Positions 20,205 to 31,111 of a DNA stretch of 64,000 bases are shown here, one piece after another. Numbering within the stretch: the stretch's first letter is position 1; each line of letters starts with the position of its first letter. The position numbers were made by a program, and so were the translations under genes. Source of the DNA: an uncultured Phycisphaerae bacterium (GTDB taxonomy: Bacteria > Planctomycetota > Phycisphaerae > SM23-33); contig CAVXDC010000007.1 in NCBI GenBank assembly GCA_963760365.1, positions 82,728-146,727 on the forward strand, in the 5' to 3' direction. Below the pieces are notes generated by a model, which saw only the letters and a list, made by a program, of their open reading frames with translations, did not search any database and was not told the DNA's origin.

Positions 20205-21206
20205 ATGGAAACCGTAGAGACTTTGGCAAAACTTGAACCTTCACTTCGCCACAAGATTCAGATTATGCAGAGCTGTCTGAAGCGGCTGGGGCGGGTGGTT
20301 GTGGCGTTTTCCGGCGGGGTCGATAGCACGTTACTGCTTGCCATTGCAGCAGATACGCTCGGAAAAACCAACGTCTTGGCGGCGATGGGCGTCTCGGCGA
20401 CCCACCCGCATCGCGAGCGCCAGGCGGGGAGGGAGATCGCCAGCCAGTTAGGGGTGGAGCTGGTGGAACTGGAGACGAACGAACTGGCCGATCCGCAGTT
20501 CCTGGCCAATCCCCCCCAGCGCTGCTACATCTGCAAGCGGCACGTGATGGGGCCGATGATCGAGCTGGCCGGGCGTCGCGGCCTGCGCACCGTCATCAGC
20601 GGCACCAACGCCGACGACCTGGGCGACTATCGACCCGGGATTCGCGCGGCAGAAGAACTGGGGATCGTCAACCCGCTCATCGAAGCGAGCATGACCAAGG
20701 CCGACATCCGCGCCACCTCCAAGGCCCTGGGGCTGCCCACCTGGGACAAGCCTTCGATGGCCTGCCTGGCCTCGCGGGTGCCCTACGGCCAGCCACTGAC
20801 CAAGGAAACCCTCCAGCGGGTCGAGCAGGCCGAGAACGCCCTCAGAGACCTGGGCTTTGCCACCTGCCGCGTGCGCGACCACTTCCCCGTGGCCCGGATC
20901 GAGGTCGCGGGCGATCGGCTTTCCTTGGCGATGGAGTTGCGGCAGGCGATCATCGAGCGGGTCAAGTCGGCGGGCTACACGTTCGTGGCCCTGGACCTGG
21001 AAGGCTTTCGCAGCGGATCGCTGAACCAGGCGCTTCCCCCCAGCCGCCCAAAGCCTAGCGGCTCTTGGACGAGGAAGGCAGGATCACGCCCGATCCGGTC
21101 ATCGGGCCGGTTTCGACCCGATCATCCTTGCGGGTGCTGTTCTTTCGGTACCAGCGCATCCAGGGGCTTTCGTTGGTCACGACCCGGTCCTGTTCCGTGC
21201 GGCTGA
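20205..21206 (+). CDS. larE: ATP-dependent sacrificial sulfur transferase LarE-like (PP-loop ATPase); 3' end probably over-extended
   Basis: PP-loop VAFSGGVDST and family-like sequence run to ..GFRSGSLNQAL (~aa 275). The remaining ~58 aa are Arg/Ser/Pro-rich and overlap the convergent gene. Adding one C to the C6 run at 21036-21041 would end the protein at TAG 21056-21058. Confidence 0.75.
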   Translation: METVETLAKLEPSLRHKIQIMQSCLKRLGRVVVAFSGGVDSTLLLAIAADTLGKTNVLAAMGVSATHPHRERQAGREIASQLGVELVELETNELADPQFLANPPQRCYICKRHVMGPMIELAGRRGLRTVISGTNADDLGDYRPGIRAAEELGIVNPLIEASMTKADIRATSKALGLPTWDKPSMACLASRVPYGQPLTKETLQRVEQAENALRDLGFATCRVRDHFPVARIEVAGDRLSLAMELRQAIIERVKSAGYTFVALDLEGFRSGSLNQALPPSRPKPSGSWTRKAGSRPIRSSGRFRPDHPCGCCSFGTSASRGFRWSRPGPVPCG

Positions 21207-24200
21207 TGCGGGCGTTGGTCTGGCCCCGACCATCGGATGAGCCCAGCACGGTAATGACGTCCTGCTTCCGCTCGTAGGTGAGCTTCTCGCCGACGACATC
21301 CCACGGATCGTCCTTCAGCAGCACGGATCCCTTGGCCACGAACAGGTCCAGCGGACCGATGAGATTCAATCCCGCCCGCAGCTCATCTTCCGGTGCGGTA
21401 CTGGGCTGTGAGGCGGCAGGAGGCGGTTTGGCGCCGGAAGGCGTCGGCGGGGCGAACTGCGCCAGCAAGCTGTTGCATCGCAGGTCGGTCAACCGGCCCG
21501 CCGGCAGCGGGTCGGGCCAGTCCTGGATGTGCCACTTTTCCTTCAGCGCGTCGCGCTCGACGATCTGGTCTCCGCCGGCGTGCCGCATCCACACGTCGCC
21601 CGTCAGTTGCACCAGGCGCGTCTCCATGCCCAGGTGCATGGCCTTGCTCCATTCAAAATACGTCTGCGAGGGACTTTCTAAGTCTCCCGCCGGCATCCGG
21701 TCCGACGCGCCGGCCTGCGCCACTGGCTTGAGGCTTTTGCTGCGTTGCCTGCGGCGGGCGGAGGTCCTGCACTAACAACCATCCGTCGTCGGCATCGGCG
21801 AGCTTGGCTACGGCGTCGTAGACCAGCGAGTTGGTGCGCAATTCCACTAAGCCCAGCATGCGTCCCTGGCGGTCGAGGCGCTGGCTCTTGAGCACCACGT
21901 CCTGGTAGGCATAGACCTTCCACAGGGAGCCACCGTAGTTGATGTTCCCCAGGTTCAGGCTGCGCGAGTCGCCTCGGGGGGCCTGCGCGGGTCCCTTTTC
22001 CGCAGCGCCGGCTGGAGCGGCAGGGCCGGCGAACGTGGCCCGCATCTCCTCGCTGGTCATTTCCTCGCTACCGCTGGTCAGATGCACCTGTCCGGAGAAC
22101 GAGGCCATGGCCGGCGCCCCTTCCTGGCCTTCCCGCGGCCCCAAGGCGGATCGGCCGTAGTCAATGTAGCGCATCTCCCGTACCCAGGTGATTGTGGCGG
22201 GGCGAGGCGTCGCCAGTTGGGTGCCGCTAAGGTCCTTGTCAATCGGCATCCGGAGCGTGCCTTCTCCCGTCACCTGGGCCATGCCGGCCCCACGAATGAA
22301 CGAGCCATCTACGTCCTTGAAGGCCCGGAAGTGGATCTCCTTGCCGCTCAGCGTGCTGTTACGGCTGAAAAGCTGCGCCGGTTCTCCGCTGAGCACCGCC
22401 ATTCCCTCCGTCGGATCGCCCCACAGGCGGCCGGCGAAGGCCCGCCATTTTCCCTCCCCCTGACCGCCGCGGACCATGACGTTGCCCTCGGCCAGGACGG
22501 ACCGGACGGACGTGCGAAGACCACCCCTGCCGCTGGCCTTGCGCCTTTCGACCCCCACGTTCAGCCTGTCGCACCGCAGACCCTCGCCGCGGTCGCTGCC
22601 GGACAGTTCCACATCGCCCCGGAAGTGGGCCTGACGAATGTACACCTGGTCCCGGACGAACTCATCGCGACCCAGCAGCACGTTCACGGAGTCCATCCAG
22701 CTAATGCACTCAACGTCCCCGGGCGCCGCCTGTCCCTGGCTGCCTCGCTCCGCGATGGCCAAGTCACCCAAAGAGCTCCCTTCGGCCGGCCTGGAGATGT
22801 ATCCTTCGCCGTCCAGCCTGGCCGAGTCGCCCGTGGGTGATAGCTCGAAGCGCATCGACCGGCAGACGATCTCCTCTCCCCCGGCAAGGGCCAACAGGGC
22901 CGGGCAATCGGCGGTGCCGACGAGTCGGCCTTGGCGGCGGTCGCCGGTTGCGTCGGCCTTGCGGCGAAACTCGAACTGGTGGCACAAGGCCGTCGTGTTG
23001 CCGTCAAACAAGGTGACAGCATTGCCTTGGCCCAACACGGCCACGTTCTTCCGCGAAGGGTTTTCGGTGTAGCCCGTCGGCACGATCTCCAGCGGGCCGG
23101 TCCAGGTGATGGTGATAGGTTCCCCCATCGGCTGACTGGCCGGGGTGGTCGAGGCTTGCAGGGTGGCAGGAGTTTCCACCTTGGCAGGCGTTTTCTCCAC
23201 CGGCACAATCGCCGGGACTTCGCCTCCCGATCCGGCGGGCATGACTAGTTCCCCGGGCGTGACGATAGCCGGCGGCGGCTCGGCGCGTTCCTCGTCCCGG
23301 CGAGAGCGGGCCCATTGGAACTCCAGCGCCAACGTATCGGCCCCGTGCACATACCGGTTGCCCTGTTCCACCCGGACCTGGCCGCGGAACTCCGCCGTAT
23401 AGATGTTTCGCACCCGGTGGCGCGGGGGAGGCTGAGACGGCTGGCGTTCCGCTGCCTCCTGGCTGGGCGGGGGCGAGGAGGGCCCTTCGTCCAAGGCCAT
23501 GGCCGCTGCCTCGTCGCTCAAATCCGGTGCCGCTGGAGCGGTTTCCGCCTCGGTGGGACCTGCCCCTTCGGTTGGAGCTTCCGCGGCGCTTCGTTTTTCT
23601 CCACCCGGCAAGGCCACCAACTCGACTTCCTCCCCCGGCACGTACCGAATCACCATGCCGTCCCCCTGCTCCAGCCGCAGCACCTGAAGCTCCTGAGGAT
23701 CCTCGTTCCACCGGACCGACAGCCCCCGACCCGACATCTCAATCTGCTGCGACGTGACGCGGACGCGGTCGTTGGTATATAGCAGGAGCTTTTCGTTGTC
23801 GAAGTGGATGTTGTCGGCGGAGGCGACCAGGACGTTGGGGTCGTCGGTTCTTTGCTCCACCGGTGGCCTGTTGGGCTCGGTGGAACGGTCGAAATACACC
23901 ATCACGTGGCCTTGGAGCTCTCCTTGCTTGACGGCCAAGCGGGCCGAACCTTCCACCGTGCGGCGGGACTCGCTGTAAACCGTCCCCTGGTCGGCGGAGA
24001 TCTGGATCTGCTGGCCGTCGCTCTGGTAGATCACGGCCTTGGGCTCATTGAGCACGTACACGCCTTGGCCTTTGTTCTCATAGTAGGGGGCGGTGAAGAG
24101 GCGCTTCAGCCGGCCTTCCTTGTCGCGGTTCACGGCGCGGAAGTCGGTGCCTTCCTGCGGCGCCATCGCTTCCCGGGAGGTCGGCGCTCGAGACGGGGCC

Positions 24201-24327
24201 GCCGCTTCGGTGCCGGCGGGGCAGGTTCAGGCCGGCCGACTCCAAGACCGACGATCGACAGGCAGACCGCAAACACCAGCAGGATCGCACCCAGGCTGCC
24301 CATCAGCAGCAGCAATCGACGTTTCAT
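21055..24327 (-). pseudogene. Giant (~1090 aa) membrane-anchored LptC/LptA (OstA-like) repeat protein; two frame breaks as assembled
   Basis: N-terminal anchor MKRRLLLLMGSLGAILLVFAVCLSIVGL, then several OstA-like beta-rich segments (e.g. ADNIHFDNEKLLLYTNDRVRVTSQQIEMSGRGLSVRW) separated by Pro/Ala/Glu-rich linkers. Its start overlaps the kdsC stop by 4 nt. Junctions are near 24180 and 21715. The family call rests on context plus by-eye similarity. Confidence 0.5.
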
Positions 24328-24863
24328 GATGGCTGCTCCAGGCCGGGCCTACGGTAGCGGGCCAGGATGGCCTCCCAGGACCCGGTTTGTCTAAGGATCA
24401 TCTCGACCACCTCGCGCACGGCCCCGGTTCCGCCGGCGGCCTTGGTCACATAGACCGCCGCGGCGCGGACCTCCTCCGCGGCATCCGCCACTGCCACCGG
24501 CAAGGCACAGCGGTGCATCAGTGGCAGGTCAGGCAGATCATCGCCCACGACGGCCGTCTGTGCTTCACTCAGCTTCAGTTCCTCCAGCACCGCCAGATAG
24601 GCCGGCAGCTTGCTCCGGGCGTCGAGCTTGACAACGTCCACGTCCAGCTCCTTGGCCCGATGGATCACGGCCGGCGCGGACCGCCCGCTGATCATCGCCA
24701 GCCGACCGCCCGCACGCTTCCAGTACTTCATGCCCGTGCCGTCGCGGACGTGAAACGCTTTGGTCTCCCGCCCGTCGGCGTCCAAAAGGATTTTTCCGTC
24801 GGTCAGCACGCCGTCGACGTCCAGGACCAGCAGCTTAATGTTGGCGTAATCAATCGGGGCCAT
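24324..24863 (-). CDS. kdsC: 3-deoxy-D-manno-octulosonate 8-phosphate phosphatase (HAD-IIIA, KdsC)
   Basis: LLVLDVDGVLTDGKI..FHVRDGTGMK..ISGR..VGDDLPDLP..GGTGAVREV is the typical KdsC pattern. Confidence 0.85.
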   Translation of the reverse strand: MAPIDYANIKLLVLDVDGVLTDGKILLDADGRETKAFHVRDGTGMKYWKRAGGRLAMISGRSAPAVIHRAKELDVDVVKLDARSKLPAYLAVLEELKLSEAQTAVVGDDLPDLPLMHRCALPVAVADAAEEVRAAAVYVTKAAGGTGAVREVVEMILRQTGSWEAILARYRRPGLEQPS

Positions 24864-25860
24864 CGCTCATCGTCTTGAAGCCTAGCAGGTCCTGCACGTC
24901 AAAGATGCCCACCGGCCGGCCGTCCCCGTCCACCACAGGCAGCTCGTCGATGCGGTAGCGGTTCATGATGGCCAGGGCTTCGCTGACCAGCTCCCCGGCG
25001 CGGATGCACTTGGGGGAGCGCTTCATGAACTGGGCCACGGGTTGTTCCAGCACGTCGCTGCGCCGATGCGCCAGCAGCAGCCGGCGGAGGTCGGCGTCGG
25101 TCAGGATGCCGCTGAGCTGACCCTGCTCATCCACAAATAGCATCGCCCCGCTGCGCCGGGGCACTTTCTCCGCCTCGGCCAGGGCGTCGCCCAGCAAGGC
25201 GGTCTGGGGAATCGGGCACAGATTCGTCCCCCTGCGGAACATCATCGCCTGCTCGACCGTCATCAGCCGCCTGCCCAGCGACCCGCCGGGATGGAAGGCA
25301 ACAAAGTCCTCCGGGCGGAAGTGGCGCATCTCCATCACGGTCAGCGCCAGCGCGTCGCCCAGGGCCAGCATGACCGAGGTGGACACCGTCGGGGCCAATC
25401 CCAGCGGGCAGGCCTCCTCCACTTGGCCATAGGCCATGGTGATGTCGGCGTAGCGGGCCAGGGGCGAGTCGCAGCTCCCCGTCAAGGCGACCAGGGTGGC
25501 GCCGCGGGCCTTGATGTGGTCCAGCAGGCGCACGATCTCGTGCGTCTCGCCGCTGTGGGAAAGAGCCACCACCACGTCGCCCCGCTGAACCCTCCCCAGG
25601 TCGCCGTGCACGGCCTCGGCCGGGTGCAGGAAGATACTCTGCGTGCCGGTGGAGGCCAGCGTCGCGGAGATTTTTCGGGCGATGATCCCGGCCTTGCCCA
25701 TGCCCGTCAGGATGACTTTGCCGGGACATTCGAAAAGGCACTGGGCGGCCCGGGCGAAGGGCTGACCCAACCGATCCGCCAGCGAGGCAATGGCCTGGCC
25801 CTCCGTCCGTAGGGTCCGGCGCGCCAGTTCCAGATCGATTTCGCAAGCATCCATCTTCAT
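24850..25860 (-). CDS. kdsD: Arabinose-5-phosphate isomerase (SIS plus tandem CBS domains, KdsD/KpsF)
   Basis: GKVILTGMGKAGIIARKISATLASTGT..HGDLG..SHSGET, followed by two CBS domains. The likely start is ATG 25860; the ORF extends to 25920. Confidence 0.85.
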   Translation of the reverse strand: MKMDACEIDLELARRTLRTEGQAIASLADRLGQPFARAAQCLFECPGKVILTGMGKAGIIARKISATLASTGTQSIFLHPAEAVHGDLGRVQRGDVVVALSHSGETHEIVRLLDHIKARGATLVALTGSCDSPLARYADITMAYGQVEEACPLGLAPTVSTSVMLALGDALALTVMEMRHFRPEDFVAFHPGGSLGRRLMTVEQAMMFRRGTNLCPIPQTALLGDALAEAEKVPRRSGAMLFVDEQGQLSGILTDADLRRLLLAHRRSDVLEQPVAQFMKRSPKCIRAGELVSEALAIMNRYRIDELPVVDGDGRPVGIFDVQDLLGFKTMSDGPD

Positions 25861-25965
25861 CGCGTTCGTTCCGTCAGGATGGGAGGATTGGATTATCCGA
25901 CGGCTGACGGGTGGGGTCAAGCCAAACGCCCCCGCTCCCCCTCGCCGTGACCCGCAGTCGGGCAG

Positions 25966-26574
25966 CTACCTCGGCCGGTCGGCGCAGGTGCGGCAGGTGC
26001 GGAAGGTCACCTCCCGGCACCGCCGCCCCGCCCGGGGGCAGCGGGCTTGCAGCAGACGCACGTAGTGCGAGCGGATCGGCGGATTATCCAGAGCCAGCGC
26101 ACGGCGAACCCGCTCGATCGCTTCTTGGTTAGGGCCTTCGATCTCCACAAAGCAGCCAAGCACGGGCAGCTCATCCAGCTCCACGAGGCAGCGGCCCAGG
26201 CGATAGCTGGCGCGGCGCTTCTGGAGCCTCAGCATGGGCCTCAGCCCGCAGGCCTCTAAAACCATCGTGACGGCGGAGGCGTCGTCCACGCGGCTCTGGT
26301 GCTCCGAACGCACCTTGGCCTTGGCGTATCGGCTCGCGGGACCTTTGTACGTCAGTTCGGCGCGGGTGTCGGGCGTCCGACACCCGGCCCGTAGCAGGCG
26401 CTGAGCCCGCAGCCGCAGGCCACAACCCCTCCGAAGCAGACCACGCCGCGGGGTGTCAAAGTAGCAGTCCTCCTGAAGGACGGTATAGAGCCGCCTGGCC
26501 CCCACCGCACGCAGCCGCCTCGCGACCTGGGCCAGGCTTTCGACCGCGAACTTCATCTCCGTCTCGTGCGGCAT
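25966..26574 (-). CDS. CYTH domain protein (class IV adenylyl cyclase / triphosphatase family)
   Basis: N-terminal ETEMKF (ExExK) motif and CYTH-like length. It has a Cys/Arg-rich C-terminal tail. Confidence 0.6.
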   Translation of the reverse strand: MPHETEMKFAVESLAQVARRLRAVGARRLYTVLQEDCYFDTPRRGLLRRGCGLRLRAQRLLRAGCRTPDTRAELTYKGPASRYAKAKVRSEHQSRVDDASAVTMVLEACGLRPMLRLQKRRASYRLGRCLVELDELPVLGCFVEIEGPNQEAIERVRRALALDNPPIRSHYVRLLQARCPRAGRRCREVTFRTCRTCADRPR

Positions 26575-26656
26575 GAAGGCATCCTATCCGGGATTCTCCC
26601 CACCTACCAGGAAGCTTTCCAAGCGGCGCACTCAACCGAGCCGGATCTATCCCTGT

Positions 26657-28251
26657 CTAGTCCTCCTGGTCCTTCTGGTCCTCTTGGACATCGTTCCTGC
26701 CCCATCCGAACACGCGCAAGGGGTAGAACATTCGGGCGGAGACGGCGTTGGAGACGTTCGCCGTCAGGTACCGCAGCATGAGCCGCACGGGCTGGGCACC
26801 CGGGTCGGGCATGTGCACCAGCCACGCCAGCGATGCCAACCGCACGATCAGCGACACCAAGAACGAGGCTTGCCAGTGGTTCCACTCAAACGGCCCCCAC
26901 CGGATCGGGTTGGTTCGCAGGAACTCCAGCGACTGCACCATTACCCCACCCAGCAGGCCTCCCAATACCCCCCCGCAACTGATCAGCACAGCCGAGGCGG
27001 CCACATACTTGCTCCGGCCCCGGCCGTCGGCAAAGTGCAACGTGATACCCGTCTGGGCCAGGCCCACCCCGCCCCAGGCGATCCCACCCAGCACGCAGGC
27101 CAACGCCCCCAGCAGGTAGGCCGACACCGGCGCCGCCGGCGAGAGCAGCGTCCCGGCGCCGCTGACGTGCGCCCAGGCCCAATTGACGGCATCCAGCAGC
27201 GGCCGGGGGTTGGGTAGATGACGCGAGGTGAAGAACCACGGCACTATCGACAGGCACGTGCCGATGGTGGCCAGGACCAGCACAGGCCGGCGTCCCCAGC
27301 GATCCTGAAGCTTGCCCCACCCTTGGATGGCCACGTTCCCCGCCAAAGGGCCGATCACCATGAACAGGCAGTTCGTCCCCAGCTTGCTGAAGCCCAGGCC
27401 TTCGGTGGAGTGGCGCCAGAAGTACCAGCCGGAGAAGGTGGCCGTGAAGGCGATCGTGGCCCCGTAGCTGACGTAATTGCGGAAGACTTTGTCCTTCAAC
27501 GGTTCCACCAGCAGCTCGCGCATGGCGGAGAACGCCGAACCCGTTGGCGGCTGCGGCGGTTTGTGCGGAACAAGATCGCGGACTTTTCGGAACATCAGGA
27601 TGTCCACCGCCCCCAGCACTGCCCCGACGGCGAAAATGGCACAGATGACCCCCATCAGCCGACCTTGTAAGGCCAGCGTCTCAGCGCCTTGCGATCGGTC
27701 GCGGCGTCCAGCGCCAGGCTCAGCAGGATGACCACGACGATCTGCACGCGCTGGGCCCACAGCAGCCGGCGGGCGAAGTACCGCCCCCGGATGCGCCGGG
27801 GGATCAGGTCGCTCATCCAGGTGAGCCAACCCGGCGTGGCCATCGCGCCCAGGAAGTGGCTGATCGACAGGACGCCCAGCATGACGAGGATCGCCCCCAA
27901 CCCCGGCCGGAGCACCAAAGGCACGGCCGCGACAGCTAGCCAAAGCAAGCGGTGAATGGTGCCCCACAGGATGAAGGTGACCTTGCGCAGCCCCGTCCGC
28001 TCGATCACCAGGGCGGCCTGGAGCTGGCCCAGGGTGGCTAGAAACGGCAGTGCCCCCAGCACCCCGAAGGCAAAATCATTGAATCCCAGCATCCGGGCGA
28101 ACGCCCGCACCTGGTCGCCGGAGGTGCAGGACATCCAGGTCACACCGAACATCCACGCCACGGTCACTCGGCGCAGCGATTGACGCAGCGCCCGCCGCCG
28201 TACGCTCAGGGCGGGCAACACTTCGTAGTCCTGACTTATCCAGCGTTTCAC
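26657..28251 (-). pseudogene. MFS transporter; one frame break as assembled
   Basis: Two hydrophobic multi-TM halves (ORF 27655..28251 and the 3' part of ORF 26657..27967) join near 27665. The loop motif is LIPRRIRGRYF. The protein ends with an acidic tail, VQEDQKDQED. Confidence 0.65.
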
Positions 28252-28541
28252 ACAGCAGACCTTGCGACAGATCGTCTCCTACGTCGCTTAAAGCTAGACA
28301 ATATATCTCTCCGGGATAGAAGAACTATAACGGTTTTTCCGCCCTCCAGACCATAACCCCCATGCCACAAGGCCTAATCGATGATCCAAAGGCCGATCCG
28401 GCTGCCGGCATAACCCGCATAAAAGGACTTTTCCGTAATCAAGTCGGTTATCCGCCGGTCCGATGAGGGTCCCCAGGTCAAGGTATAGCCAATGCATCAC
28501 GGGTTTTCGCCTGCTGGTACCACGACATCAAGGGCACATTC

Positions 28542-29909
28542 ATGACTAGGAGATCTACCATGGATGCCTTCAAGGATGTGAACCAAGGACGACTTCCGTA
28601 CTCGCGCAAACCGTCGAGTTCCCCTTCAAGTCGCCTGATCTGGCCCACCACGCTATGGGCGATGCTGTTGGTCTTGGCCATGGGGTTTGGACCGGCTGGG
28701 GCTGCGAACGATCCGTTACCCGTAACGGTAGGTCTAGCGCCGCAAGCCAGCGCTACTTCCTCCCCATCAGACAAGGCTCCAACGGCACCCCCGAATAGCG
28801 CCGACGCCGGCGACTGGTTCAAGGCCTGGCAAAAGATGAAGAAGGACTTGGAGCAGACCACCGGGACAAGCTTCTCGCTGAATTTAGACGAACACATGCA
28901 ATGCGTGTTGAACGGACCGGGCGAAGGGAATGAACGCGATCTGTTTTGGTGGAACCTGACCGTGACGCAGAAGCTCTGGAAGGACGCCAAGCTGATCGTG
29001 CGCGTCCGAGGCAGCTCCCACGCCCACGGTCAGCATAATCCCGCCCCGCCCCACGGCATCAGTCCGCTGGTCAACCCCAAGCTCAACCTGGACTGGATGT
29101 GGTCGGAAACCACGTGCATCTACGTCGCCAACCTCTACGTGGAGCAAAAGCTGCTGGACAACAAACTGATGATCGCCGTGGGCAAGATCAACGAGTCGGT
29201 GTACTTCGACACCAACGACTTGGGCAGTTGGGACTTCCTGTCCCACTCGATCGCCAAGAATCAGGCCTTCCCGCACAAGTACCACACCATCGGCGCCGTG
29301 GTCCGCTACGACCCGACCGACTGGCTGTACTTCCAAGCTGGGGCGATCGATGCCCAGGGCATCCGCTCGGAGATGGGCACCAACACGGCGTTTACGGGCC
29401 CGGCCTGGTTTCAATCCATGTACGAGGTCGGCTTGAAGTCTAACTTTGCGGGCAAGAAGGGCAACTACCGATTCGAGCTCTGGCATGACCCCAGTCACCT
29501 GACTCGATGGGACGGCCACGGCACCGAAAACAGCACCGTCGGGTTCGGCATCAGCTTCGATCAGATGATTACCGACAAGCTGGGGGCGTTCCTGAAGTAT
29601 GGGCTGACGGATGGCGACGTCCGGACGTTCGGTAACACCTGGTGCGTGGGCGCCATATACAAAGGCCTGCTGCCTGGTCGCCCGAAGGATGTGCTGGCCT
29701 TGGGCTTCTGCCAGGGTATCCCCGATGACCCCTATCGCGTCTCCAAGCATTCCAAAGCCCAGGAGTCGCTCTTTGAGACGTATTACAAGATTCAGGTTAC
29801 CGATTGGTGCACGATTTATCCGGACGTCCAGGTCTTGCTCAATCCGGGCATGAATCCGGTAAACGACGTGGGCGTCTTTGCGGGCATACGCGTCAAGTTG
29901 GATTTCTAA
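28542..29909 (+). CDS. OprB-family (carbohydrate-selective) outer-membrane porin
   Basis: Has a signal peptide (..GFGPAGA), alternating beta-strand composition and a terminal ..IRVKLDF. The call is by by-eye similarity to OprB porins. Confidence 0.55.
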   Translation: MTRRSTMDAFKDVNQGRLPYSRKPSSSPSSRLIWPTTLWAMLLVLAMGFGPAGAANDPLPVTVGLAPQASATSSPSDKAPTAPPNSADAGDWFKAWQKMKKDLEQTTGTSFSLNLDEHMQCVLNGPGEGNERDLFWWNLTVTQKLWKDAKLIVRVRGSSHAHGQHNPAPPHGISPLVNPKLNLDWMWSETTCIYVANLYVEQKLLDNKLMIAVGKINESVYFDTNDLGSWDFLSHSIAKNQAFPHKYHTIGAVVRYDPTDWLYFQAGAIDAQGIRSEMGTNTAFTGPAWFQSMYEVGLKSNFAGKKGNYRFELWHDPSHLTRWDGHGTENSTVGFGISFDQMITDKLGAFLKYGLTDGDVRTFGNTWCVGAIYKGLLPGRPKDVLALGFCQGIPDDPYRVSKHSKAQESLFETYYKIQVTDWCTIYPDVQVLLNPGMNPVNDVGVFAGIRVKLDF

Positions 29910-29996
29910 ATCACCAGGACCCCTAAAGGGCTCCCCGGCCGCGCCTGCCATGGCGGCGGAGGCGCCTGAGCTTATCAAGAACGAAAGGAACCAAAC

Positions 29997-31109
29997 ATGT
30001 TACAGTGGAACCGATCAACCGCCGGCAAGCTGATGGCCGCTCTCGTGGCGGTCGCGCTCGTGGCCGTTGCCATCGTGGGCGTGCGTTGGAACAGCAGCAC
30101 CCCCGCCACCATAACGGCGGCCCAAAAGCATCCCATCAGCGCCACTCCGGCCCCACCGGTCACTGACCGGCAGTTCAAGGTGTTACATGTCATGAGCTTT
30201 CACTCCCCCTGGGAATGGACCGAAAGCCAGCTCAACGGTTTCAAGGACAGCCTGCGCGACGTGAAGGTGGAGTACAAAGTCTATGAGATGGACGCCAAGC
30301 GTCAAAGCTCTAAAGACCATCTCCAGCAGGCCGGCCAGGAAGCCCAGAAGCTCATCGAGGAATGGAAGCCGGACCTGGTCTTTGCTGACGACGACCCCGC
30401 TCAGCAGTACATCGGGGTGAACTACGTTAACAAGGATCTCCCGATCGTCTTCTGCGGGGTCAACGCCGACCCGCAGGATTACAAATACGTCGGCGCGAAG
30501 AACGTCTCAGGCGTGCTGGAGCGCGAGCACTTCATTCAATCGGTGCGCCTGTTGAAGCAGCTCGTGCCGAACGTCCAGAAGATCGCCATCATCTCCGACA
30601 CCGCCCCCATGTGGCAGCGCGTCATCCGACGCATGAAGGAGAGCCAGAGCGAACTCCAAGGTGTCAAAGTAGTCGGCTACGACGTGATCGACACGTTTGA
30701 GCAGTACAAGCAGGTCGTCAAGGCCTATGAAGGCAAGGTGGACGCCCTGGGGTTCCTTGGCATTTTTGAGTTCAAGGACGCCGACGGCAAGAACGTCCCG
30801 TACCAGGACGTCTGCCGCTGGACGGCCGAGAACATCGCCCTGCCGGACTTCTCGTTCTGGGTGGACCGCGTGGACTACGGGACGCTGTGCGCCGTGACCG
30901 TCTCGGCCATCAACCAGGGCCAGGAGGCGGGCAAGATTGCTCGGGGCATCCTGGTGGAAGGCAAGAGCCCCTCCAGCTTCCCCATGGAACCGACGACCAA
31001 GGGCGAACCGGTCATCAGCCTGGCCAGGGCGCGCCAACTGGGCCTAGTCCCCAATTCCAGCGTCCTGCTGACGGCAAGAGTCTTCACGAAATACAAATGG
31101 GATAACTGA
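29997..31109 (+). CDS. Membrane-anchored periplasmic binding protein (ABC_sub_bind / PF04392-like)
   Basis: An N-terminal TM helix, then KVLHVMSFHSPWEWT..IVFCGVNADP..NVSGVLE..KIAIISD. This pattern is typical of the uncharacterised ABC-type binding proteins that partner with sensor kinases. Confidence 0.6.
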   Translation: MLQWNRSTAGKLMAALVAVALVAVAIVGVRWNSSTPATITAAQKHPISATPAPPVTDRQFKVLHVMSFHSPWEWTESQLNGFKDSLRDVKVEYKVYEMDAKRQSSKDHLQQAGQEAQKLIEEWKPDLVFADDDPAQQYIGVNYVNKDLPIVFCGVNADPQDYKYVGAKNVSGVLEREHFIQSVRLLKQLVPNVQKIAIISDTAPMWQRVIRRMKESQSELQGVKVVGYDVIDTFEQYKQVVKAYEGKVDALGFLGIFEFKDADGKNVPYQDVCRWTAENIALPDFSFWVDRVDYGTLCAVTVSAINQGQEAGKIARGILVEGKSPSSFPMEPTTKGEPVISLARARQLGLVPNSSVLLTARVFTKYKWDN

Positions 31110-31111
31110 GT

